Assembly: GCA_040289575.1 (NCBI GenBank)
Contig: PSLL01000006.1
Location: 1-64,000 of the forward strand
DNA: 64,000 nt
Direction of reading: 5' to 3'
Source: Candidatus Dadabacteria bacterium
Lineage (GTDB): Bacteria > Desulfobacterota_D > UBA1144 > Nemesobacterales > CSP1-2
Positions within the stretch are counted from its first letter, which is position 1. Each line of letters begins with the position of its first letter. The position numbers were made by a program, and so were the translations under genes. The notes under the pieces are model-generated. The model made no database searches, was not told the DNA's origin, and saw nothing but the letters and a program-made list of their open reading frames with translations. Positions 1 to 7,904 of the stretch are shown here, piece after piece.

Positions 1-254
1 TAGCACATCAGCGCTAGAAGGGCATAGTGTCGCTTTTCGAAGTCGGATCTGCCGTATTTGAGTTCCACCGCGGCCAGCTTGCGGCGCAGGATGGTCACGA
101 GGAAGTTGCCGCTCCCGCACGCTGGCTCCAGGAAGCGCGCATCGATGCGCTCGGTCTCGTCCTTGACCAAGTCGAGCATCGCCTCGACAAGCCAGGCAGG
201 CGTGAAGACCTCACCGTGGTCGGCAACGCGTTTTTTGGACTTGATGTGATTCAT
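1..254 (-). CDS. SAM-dependent DNA methyltransferase (restriction-modification type), 5' part, runs off left edge
   Basis: Not in ORF track. Manual minus-strand translation from ATG 254 gives MNHIKSKKRVADHGEVFTPAWLVEAMLDLVKDETERIDARFLEPACGSGNFL..., with GEVFTP and motif I FLEPACGSGNF. Visibly GC-richer than the rest of the window. Confidence 0.88.
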   Translation of the reverse strand, partial: MNHIKSKKRVADHGEVFTPAWLVEAMLDLVKDETERIDARFLEPACGSGNFLVTILRRKLAAVELKYGRSDFEKRHYALLALMC

Positions 255-294
255 GGAGCTATACACTTTGGGCGATGCGCGCTCGGTCACTGCA

Positions 295-317
295 GGCTAA
301 CTTATATTATGCATCAG
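295..317 (-). other. Putative tyrosine-recombinase (attI/attC/dif-like) core site at the GC boundary
   Basis: Minus strand reads CTGATGCATAA-TATAAG-TTAGCC: TAA-N6-TTA dyad and a GTTAG core. Composition becomes GC-rich right after GTT. Confidence 0.35.
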
Positions 318-320
318 TTT

Positions 321-350
321 ATTCGTGTCCATTTGTGTTAATTCGTGGCT
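321..350. repeat. 3 x 10-nt imperfect tandem repeat downstream of cysS
   Basis: attcgtgtcc atttgtgtta attcgtggct. Confidence 0.65.
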
Positions 351-361
351 AAACAGGTCAG

Positions 362-1798
362 TTAGCTTTTAACCTTCCAGATAGTCCCCTTTGGGGTGTC
401 TTCTAGAGTTATCCCTTTAGAATCTAAATACATCCTGATTTCATCCGCGCGCTTCCAGTTCTTCTCTTTTCTCGCCGCAGCCCTCTCTTCAATTAGGTGC
501 TGAATTTCATCTTCTGTTATTTCCAGAGACCTCTTACTCAGCCTCTCCCTTTTTAGATAATCGTCTGGGGCAAGCTCTAAGATCCCCAATATACCTCCAA
601 GCACACGAATCTCTTTAAGAGCCTCCGCTAGTGCGGCCGTCCATCCGGAGGAGTCGATTGACCTGTTGACTGCTCTAATCAGATCAAAGAGGTTTCCCAG
701 GGCATCTGCTGTATTAAAGTCATCGGCCATCGCCTCAATCCATTTTGTTTTAAATCCCCCTAAGATATTCCTAAGCTCCTCATCATCTTTTTTGACATCC
801 TTTCTTAAGTCATCTGCACGCTTGAGGGTAACATAAAGCCTTTCGAGCGCAATCTCCGACTCGTCCATGGCCTTTTCTGAGAAATCCGCCGGATTCTGAT
901 AATGGTGGGATAGAAAAAACATACGAATTGCCTCTTTGCTCCATCTCGATAGAGCATCTTTTATACCTATGATATTTCCAAGGGACTTCGACATCTTTTC
1001 GCGATTTATCTGAATAAGCCCATTATGCACCCAATACTTTACAAATTCCTCCCCCGTTGCGGCCTCAGATTGAGCTATCTCGTTTTCATGATGAGGGAAT
1101 ATCAAATCCTTGCCCCCTCCGTGAATCTCGAAGCTATTTCCCAGGTACCTCATACTCATCGCCGAGCACTCTATATGCCATCCCGGACGCCCCATACCCC
1201 AAGGACTCTCCCACCAAGGCTCCCCCGGCCTTGCCCCCTTCCACAGGGCAAAATCAAGAGGATCATCCTTTCGCTCATTTATATCAATTCTAATCCCCGC
1301 AAGCATCTCATCGGGAGACCTGCGCGATAGTTTTCCATACCCCTGGAATTTCTTGATTGAGAAGAAAACATCGCCGTCAGACTGGTAAGCATAGCCCTTA
1401 TCAATAATCGTTTTTATAAGCTCAATTATATCGGATATATGATCCGTAACCTTCGGCTCATATGTCGGAGGCTCAACGCCCAGAGACGCCATATCGGCTT
1501 TGTACTCCTCCGTATATATCCGAGCTACCTCCGCAGGAGGAATTCCCGTCTCTCTCGATTTATTTATGATCTTATCGTCTATATCCGTAAAATTCCTCGC
1601 ATATTCTACTTTGTAGCCTATTCTTTTTAAAAATCTCTGTATAACGTCAAACGTTATGGCAGCCCTCGCATGACCTATATGTGCCGAACTATAGACAGTC
1701 GGACCGCATACATACATCCTTACCGTTCTTCCATCAGAAGGAATGAGGTCATCTTTTTTCTGTGAGAGTGTGTTAAAAACCCTTATTCTTTTCTCCAT
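362..1798 (-). CDS. cysS: Cysteine--tRNA ligase
   Basis: CGPTVY, HIGH, GRPGWHIECSAM and KMSKS motifs. ATG 1798 overlaps the upstream TGA. Confidence 0.98.
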   Translation of the reverse strand: MEKRIRVFNTLSQKKDDLIPSDGRTVRMYVCGPTVYSSAHIGHARAAITFDVIQRFLKRIGYKVEYARNFTDIDDKIINKSRETGIPPAEVARIYTEEYKADMASLGVEPPTYEPKVTDHISDIIELIKTIIDKGYAYQSDGDVFFSIKKFQGYGKLSRRSPDEMLAGIRIDINERKDDPLDFALWKGARPGEPWWESPWGMGRPGWHIECSAMSMRYLGNSFEIHGGGKDLIFPHHENEIAQSEAATGEEFVKYWVHNGLIQINREKMSKSLGNIIGIKDALSRWSKEAIRMFFLSHHYQNPADFSEKAMDESEIALERLYVTLKRADDLRKDVKKDDEELRNILGGFKTKWIEAMADDFNTADALGNLFDLIRAVNRSIDSSGWTAALAEALKEIRVLGGILGILELAPDDYLKRERLSKRSLEITEDEIQHLIEERAAARKEKNWKRADEIRMYLDSKGITLEDTPKGTIWKVKS

Positions 1799-2610
1799 CA
1801 AATCAAATCCTCTCCACCGTCTACTCCAATTACATTTCCCGTAATCCAGTATGCTCCAGGTTGGGAGAGCACAAATACGGCTTCAGCCACATCATTGGGC
1901 GTGGTGAGCCGTCCGCTTGGGTTCGACTCAAGGGCCCTTTTTATTATATTTTTGCTCCCCGGAATCTTTCGCAAAGCCGGGGTGTCCGTAACGCCCGCCC
2001 TTATGGCATTTGCCGTTATCCCAATCGGGGCAAGCTCAACGGCAAGCTGCCTTATGTGAGATTCCAGCGCCGCCTTTGCAGCAGAGACGGGACCGTATGT
2101 AGGCCAGACCCTGTGCCCTCCTGCGCTTGTCATTGCAAATATTCTCCCGCCAGATATCATGAGTTTCCTCAGAACCAGTTCCTGAACCCAGTAAACGAGG
2201 CTATGCGCCATAACATCGAGTGTCATATTGATATTGGAATCCGTTACCATCTCCTGGGGAGAGAATGAGATATATGGCTTCAGGGTTCCAAATGCAAGCG
2301 AGTGGATAAGGATTTTTATACCCGAAGGGTTTCCACCCTCTTTAAGAACCCGTTCTATATAATTCATCGCCTCTCTACGCTTTTCACCGTCGGCAGCATT
2401 TATGTTGAAGAAAATCGCTTGTCTTCCCTTGTCCTTAATCTGAGCTATAATGCGTTCAACATTCGGCATAGTGGATTTCCTATCAAGATGAACCCCAAAT
2501 ATATTCATCCCTGCGCCTGCAAGCCTAAGGCCTATTGCCTCACCAAAGCCGCTCGACGCTCCAAGTATTAAAGCCCAATCGTTTTTTATCAAACCGTTTT
2601 CGGTGCTCAA
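1798..2610 (-). CDS. SDR oxidoreductase, FabL-like enoyl-ACP reductase
   Basis: GASSGFG, YxxVSAAK, TDTPAL and ITGNVIGVDGG motifs. AAGGAG RBS before TTG. Confidence 0.8.
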   Translation of the reverse strand: MSTENGLIKNDWALILGASSGFGEAIGLRLAGAGMNIFGVHLDRKSTMPNVERIIAQIKDKGRQAIFFNINAADGEKRREAMNYIERVLKEGGNPSGIKILIHSLAFGTLKPYISFSPQEMVTDSNINMTLDVMAHSLVYWVQELVLRKLMISGGRIFAMTSAGGHRVWPTYGPVSAAKAALESHIRQLAVELAPIGITANAIRAGVTDTPALRKIPGSKNIIKRALESNPSGRLTTPNDVAEAVFVLSQPGAYWITGNVIGVDGGEDLI

Positions 2611-2784
2611 AGCCCATTCTCCTTCTTAAGACTAGAGATTCTACGCACTTTAAGAGGAATTTCAAGAAATTCTCTTCGGATTTATTTTCTTTACTTAACA
2701 TTCTTATCTCTTATATGGGCACATAAATACGGTATAAGCAATAAAATACCCAGAGAAGCCTTGTTCATTGCGTGTGTATAAATA

Positions 2785-2813
2785 TTGACAGAACTGTTTT
2801 ATGAGGTTATAAA
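2785..2813 (+). promoter_or_regulatory. Sigma70 promoter
   Basis: TTGACA-N17-TATAAA. Confidence 0.8.
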
Positions 2814-2874
2814 TGTTATTTAACTCACCATATCGGAGCCAAACGGTCGTCCCTCAAAAGCGGAGTAAAATATT

Positions 2875-3651
2875 ATGAAAGCGGTGATACTTGCGGCAGG
2901 CAGAGGCAGCAGGCTTTACCCTTATACAAAATACATACCCAAATGCCTCCTTGACATCGAGGGTGAGACAATACTTGAGCGCCAGATTAACCACATAAGG
3001 GACTGCGGGATTTACGAGGTTATAATAGTAGTCGGATTTGGATTTGAAAAGGTAGAGAACTTCCTAAGAAACTACAACGGATTGGGAATGCAGATAAAAA
3101 CCCTTTATAACCCATTTTATCAGACGACAAATAGCCTCATTTCTCTTTGGATAGCAAGAGGAGAGATGAATAAAGACGTTGTGGTCATGAATGGAGACGA
3201 TGTGTTTGAGTTTGATGTTCTTGATCGTGCTCTCAGTGTAAGAGACGAGAAGATATGTCTCCCCGTAAAAAGAAAATCCGTATATGAAGAAGAGGATATG
3301 AAGGTGGTAATCCAGGGAGATAGAATTACAGAGATCGGTAAGACTTTAACCACCTCTTCATCCGCTGAATCGGTAGGGATAAGGGTCTTTAGAGACACAG
3401 GAGTCGAGCTTCTAAAGAAGGCAATTGAAGAGGAGATGCGTACGGAAGGGGCCGAGAAAAAATGGTATGCCTCCGCCATTCAAAGGCTCATTGAAAAGGG
3501 GATTAGAATAAAATCCCTTGACATTGAAGACCTTTTCTGGATTGATGTAGACTACCCCAGCGACCTTTTTAAAGCTAGATTTAGCTCAAATAAGATTAGC
3601 AGAAGACCACATGGGGAAAGGATTCTGCGCGTCGTAGGAACAAATCTCTAA
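2875..3651 (+). CDS. Phosphocholine cytidylyltransferase-family (LicC-like) NTP transferase
   Basis: ILAAGRGSRL...PKCL, NGD, EEDMKV and W-DVDYPSD motifs. Confidence 0.88.
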   Translation: MKAVILAAGRGSRLYPYTKYIPKCLLDIEGETILERQINHIRDCGIYEVIIVVGFGFEKVENFLRNYNGLGMQIKTLYNPFYQTTNSLISLWIARGEMNKDVVVMNGDDVFEFDVLDRALSVRDEKICLPVKRKSVYEEEDMKVVIQGDRITEIGKTLTTSSSAESVGIRVFRDTGVELLKKAIEEEMRTEGAEKKWYASAIQRLIEKGIRIKSLDIEDLFWIDVDYPSDLFKARFSSNKISRRPHGERILRVVGTNL

Positions 3652-3657
3652 GATAAA

Positions 3658-4983
3658 ATGGATCATGCGATACTTGTAGCGGCCGGAACGGGTATAGATG
3701 GCGAAAGATTAAATTCTCATGGAGAAACCCTTGTCGGCGGAACCCACCAGATTAAGCGACTAATTATCACCGCCCAAAGGGTAGGAATAAAGAGGTTCTC
3801 CATAATAGTTGAAGACGATAACTCTCCGCTTAAAGAAATACTAAAAAACGAAAGGCGTGTAGAAAGCAACATTATTTGGTATACGCTTGGCTCCGCAGTT
3901 AAATTTGAATCAAACCCCTCCCTCATTCTTCAGTCAAACCTTGTAATAAATCCGGTAGGGCTTTCGGACCTTATGGCCTGCAGCGTGTCTGAGGATGAGG
4001 TAGTGGTTCTTGTGGATGAACAAAAAGACACATGGATGAAAATAAAGGATGGCAAAGTAGAAGAGGTATTTCCCATCGGTGCAAAAGCGGTAGGGGCATT
4101 CGTAGCATATGGAAGCCTCCTTGAAAAATCAATTCTAAACTCTATGTCTTTAAAGAGCTGGATTGAGGAGCTTGTAGGAAGGGGAAGCGTCAAATCTGTG
4201 AGGCTTGTTGAGGGCTACTGGATGCGCCTTTCCTCATACAATAACTCGAGACAGAAGGCAGAGAACCTTCTTTTTTCAAATGTAAAAAAATCAACAAGCG
4301 GATGGATTTCAAAAAACATAAACGCAAAGATATCCATACCTATAAGTAGACTCCTCATTCACACACCCCTTACCCCAAATATGATAAGTGTGCTTGTTGG
4401 AATCGTAGGTATACTTTGTGGCTTTTTTTACATCATAGGGCACCCCGTTCTGGGAGCCCTGTTTCTCGAACTCTCTACCATACTTGACGGATGTGATGGA
4501 GAGGTAGCAAGGGTCAAACTCATGGAAAGCAAGCGCGGGCAGTGGGTTGATACGATTTCTGATCAGATAACCTTTCTGTCTTTTGTATTGGGCGTTCCAA
4601 CTGGATTTTATAGGATCGCAAAGAGTCCTCTTGCCATAGTTCTGGGAGGTATAAATCTCATGACATTTCTGTTTTTTCTCATATGGTCTCTTTATTTTCT
4701 TGCCAGATACGCAAATTCTGGCAGTATGGTGGCATATCCAAAAACCATTGATAAGCTTGTTCCGGTTGAGAAGAGAACCATTTTTCATAAGCTCATAATC
4801 AAACTGCGCCCGATGATGACAAGGGCGTTTTTCTCCCCCGTCTTCCTCCTGGCAGCTATAATGGGAGGATACCCCTGGGTGCTCAGTCTTACCACTTTGG
4901 GCCTAGGTCTCGCCTTAATCCACCAGATTGACGACTTGATAAAGTTAAAAAAGGGCAGAGCAGCCATCAATCCAGCCAATTAG
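3658..4983 (+). CDS. CDP-alcohol phosphotransferase with degenerate N-terminal NTP-transferase-like domain (IPCT/DIPPS-like architecture)
   Basis: TPN and DGCDGEVAR...G..VDTISD motif, TM helices. N-domain lacks GxGxR/PK. Confidence 0.85.
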   Translation: MDHAILVAAGTGIDGERLNSHGETLVGGTHQIKRLIITAQRVGIKRFSIIVEDDNSPLKEILKNERRVESNIIWYTLGSAVKFESNPSLILQSNLVINPVGLSDLMACSVSEDEVVVLVDEQKDTWMKIKDGKVEEVFPIGAKAVGAFVAYGSLLEKSILNSMSLKSWIEELVGRGSVKSVRLVEGYWMRLSSYNNSRQKAENLLFSNVKKSTSGWISKNINAKISIPISRLLIHTPLTPNMISVLVGIVGILCGFFYIIGHPVLGALFLELSTILDGCDGEVARVKLMESKRGQWVDTISDQITFLSFVLGVPTGFYRIAKSPLAIVLGGINLMTFLFFLIWSLYFLARYANSGSMVAYPKTIDKLVPVEKRTIFHKLIIKLRPMMTRAFFSPVFLLAAIMGGYPWVLSLTTLGLGLALIHQIDDLIKLKKGRAAINPAN

Positions 4984-5156
4984 TCGGAATCTTATTAAGA
5001 CCCTATTATCCCTTTTCTATTGAGCTTCCTCAGTCCAATTCAATTGTAAAGGCCCGGAATAAAGAGTTCCTATAGACTTAGAGAAGGGAATCTTTTCCAC
5101 GCCACCTTGAATCTAAAAAGTAGAGCCGTTTTCAGGCTCAAAATTTGGCTGACATA

Positions 5157-5398
5157 TTGACAGAATCATTTTAGGCGGTTATAAGTATTAGCTAATTTAT
5201 TGTGCCGGAGTCAGGTGGATGTGCTCTAAAACGAGGCAAAAGATGAAAGCAAATTTGCTTCTATGTGGGGAATCAGTAGATTCCATCTATAACAACCCCA
5301 GAAGCGCCCTCCTGATTTGGAAGAAACCAACTCGGCATTGGTTCTACGTATGCACGGTTGGTGTTATTCCGGATTCTGGTAAAGTATCAAGATATTAA
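5157..5398 (+). pseudogene. Decayed copy of the 2785 promoter/leader and 5' end of the 2875 NTP transferase
   Basis: atattgacagaa...ggttataa...cggag.ca...aaa.cg...aaaa.atgaaagc is collinear with 2782-2882. TTGACA-N17-TATAAG is kept; ORF 5243-5398 is scrambled. Confidence 0.65.
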
Positions 5399-5497
5399 TA
5401 ATGCAATCCCCAATGGAGGATATGGAGGATGCCAATAAAATCTATAACTTATAGACATATGAAATGTTAATGTATCGGCCCTAACAATTGCTCTTAG

Positions 5498-5539
5498 TTG
5501 ACATTTTTATATAAAAATGTTAAGTAATCACTTACTTAA
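5498..5539 (+). promoter_or_regulatory. Promoter with palindromic operator
   Basis: TTGACA at 5498, palindrome ACATTTTTATATAAAAATGT (5501-5520), then TTAAGTAA-TCAC-TTACTTAA (5520-5539). Confidence 0.7.
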
Positions 5540-5599
5540 ATCTACCCTATCTCTGCAAGTTCTAAGGAGCGATGCTTCAAGAGATAAGCGAGGTGATTT

Positions 5600-6412
5600 T
5601 TGCAAACGCCATCGAATGGTTTAATAAATAGGGCTTTAATAATCGCCGCCGGACAAGGCAGCAGGCTTCATTCCATAACTAATGGTAACCCCAAACCCCT
5701 AACTCATCTTCTGGGTTTATCCCTAATTGAGAGGGTAATGCTCGGCGTAAAAGAGGCTGGGGTGAATGATTTTGTGATAGTTATCGGCTACCTCGGAGAC
5801 AAGATAAAGGAGAGGTTGGGGAGCGGAACTAAGTACGGGGTAAAGATAACATACGTCGAGAACAACGAATGGCAAAAGGGTAACGGAATCTCCGTTTTAA
5901 AAGCAAAAGAGCTGTTAAACGGAAACAATAAAGAGAAATTTTTTCTCCTTATGTCGGACCATATCTTTGAGTCTAAGGTCCTACAGAATCTAAAAAAGAT
6001 GAATTTAGAAGAAGATAATTGTGCTTTAGTTGTGGATAAATCGCCAAAGGAACATATTGATTTAGACGAAGCGACTAAAGTCAGGATAGAGAACGGACAC
6101 ATAGTAAAGATCGGAAAAAATCTAGAGGATTATAACGGCGTCGACTGCGGTATATTTCTACTTACGCCCTCCATATTTGAGGCACTCGAAGAAAGCAGAA
6201 AGAGCGGAGATGAAACTCTATCCGGAGGGATAAGAATCTTAGGAAAGAATGGAAAGGTGAGACCACTCGACATCCAAGACCACTTCTGGATCGACGTCGA
6301 TACAGAAAACGATTATATAGAAGCCAAAAAGATATTGGTCAAAAGACTAATTCAAGATAATGCCTCATGGAGTAGACAAAGAGTAAAGAAGACCCAGAGA
6401 GCATTAAAATGA
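5600..6412 (+). CDS. Stand-alone NTP transferase, inositol-1-phosphate cytidylyltransferase (IPCT)-like
   Basis: AAGQGSRL..PKPL..LGLSLIERV, GNGISVL, MSDH, DEATKV, GVDCG and WIDVDT motifs. GAGGTG RBS before TTG. Confidence 0.82.
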   Translation: MQTPSNGLINRALIIAAGQGSRLHSITNGNPKPLTHLLGLSLIERVMLGVKEAGVNDFVIVIGYLGDKIKERLGSGTKYGVKITYVENNEWQKGNGISVLKAKELLNGNNKEKFFLLMSDHIFESKVLQNLKKMNLEEDNCALVVDKSPKEHIDLDEATKVRIENGHIVKIGKNLEDYNGVDCGIFLLTPSIFEALEESRKSGDETLSGGIRILGKNGKVRPLDIQDHFWIDVDTENDYIEAKKILVKRLIQDNASWSRQRVKKTQRALK

Positions 6413-6657
6413 AGTCTCCGCTTAGAATTATTTTTCTAAATCACCCGATAATAGATGATGGAGGTCTTGGGAGAAGCCTTTTTTACCCGCTAAGCAAAAC
6501 TAAAATCACACCTTTTTATTCTTGTGGCATTCCTAAAACCACACCCCATACATTGACAACGGTTTTATGTGAGGCAATGTGATAATATCAAAACGGTAGT
6601 ATATAATCTCTTACGTGATATATACTATTAAAATATATAATTCGGAGTTGAAGTAAA

Positions 6658-7830
6658 TTGAGAATCGGTCTTGATGCCAGGAACTTGATGCCGAGGATAA
6701 ACGGACTCGGAAGGCATGTTTATTCCACCATCACGCATCTCGCAAAGGTAGATGATGAGAACGAATATATCATTATTAAAAGGCCGGAATATAAGTCGAA
6801 AATTGTAGACAAAGAAAATTTCAGGGAAGTATCAGTCCCTTGTGATCCGTCGTCGCTCAGGAATAGCCTCATCGGGTTTCAAGAAATCAATAATCTTAAA
6901 CTGGACATATATCACTGCCTTTTCCATTTCCTACCGGGACGGATAAAGGCTCAAAGGATTATAGTGACACTCCATGATCTTATATGGATTGACTACCCTA
7001 AGCTCGCATTTGACGACTTTTTTCGTCAAAAGATCATCGAATACTATGGGAAAATATTTATAAAGCGGGCGCTTACAAAAGCCGACACCATTGTTGCAAT
7101 CTCAGAACATACCAAAAGGCACGCCTTAAGTAGATACAATCTATCCGATAAGGATATCCATGTAATCCGCAACGGGGTTGACATAGACTATTTTAATAAG
7201 ATTGCCCTCTCGGAAATACCCGAAGAGTATAAAAAAAGAGAATTTATCTTTTCAATCGGGCACACCAAACCGTATAAAAACATACCGCGGTTAATCCAAG
7301 CATTTAAACTGATTAGCAACGAATTCCCAGACATTGATTTGATGGTCGTAGGCCGTGGGGATTATCTCGTAAAATTAAAAAACCTAGTCGCAGGATATGG
7401 ATTGGAAAATCGGGTTATCTTTACCGGACACCTGCCGGATGAGGTCATGATTCCACTTTTTAAGAATGCTCTATTCCTGGTTTTTCCTTCGCTTATTGAG
7501 GGATTTGGTGCACCACTGATTGAGGCAATGGCACTTAGATGCCCAATACTCTCATCGAAAATACCAGTGATAGAAGAAATATGTGGAGACGCATACGAGA
7601 AGGTCAACCCCTACAGTGTAGAGGACATTGCAAGGGGAATGCGTAAGTTTTTGAGCTTTAAGGACTACAGGGATTATTTAAGAGATAAGGGCTATGAAAG
7701 GGCAAAACTCTTCTCTTGGCAAGAGAGCGCAAAAAAACTCTTGACCCTCTACAAAGGCAATGCCCAATTCAACCGTGAGGTATCATCGCAGTCCCTTCAA
7801 ATACACCCAAGGCATGTAATAGAGCAATAA
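6658..7830 (+). CDS. GT4 glycosyltransferase
   Basis: IGLDAR, TLHDL, PYKN and EGFGAPLIEAM motifs. Confidence 0.92.
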   Translation: MRIGLDARNLMPRINGLGRHVYSTITHLAKVDDENEYIIIKRPEYKSKIVDKENFREVSVPCDPSSLRNSLIGFQEINNLKLDIYHCLFHFLPGRIKAQRIIVTLHDLIWIDYPKLAFDDFFRQKIIEYYGKIFIKRALTKADTIVAISEHTKRHALSRYNLSDKDIHVIRNGVDIDYFNKIALSEIPEEYKKREFIFSIGHTKPYKNIPRLIQAFKLISNEFPDIDLMVVGRGDYLVKLKNLVAGYGLENRVIFTGHLPDEVMIPLFKNALFLVFPSLIEGFGAPLIEAMALRCPILSSKIPVIEEICGDAYEKVNPYSVEDIARGMRKFLSFKDYRDYLRDKGYERAKLFSWQESAKKLLTLYKGNAQFNREVSSQSLQIHPRHVIEQ

Positions 7831-7904
7831 CAAATAAAATCGGGTATTATCTGAAAGCCAAGACTTTATATTCAAATTAAAATCAGCAAAGAAGAAAATA
7901 CATG

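Noticed and set aside
27..341. Plus-strand ORFs 27-341 and 58-249
   Set aside because: They are shadows of the minus-strand methyltransferase, which has clear motifs.
321..350. CRISPR array
   Set aside because: The short tandem units have no spacers. No repeat-spacer array or cas gene is seen anywhere in the window.
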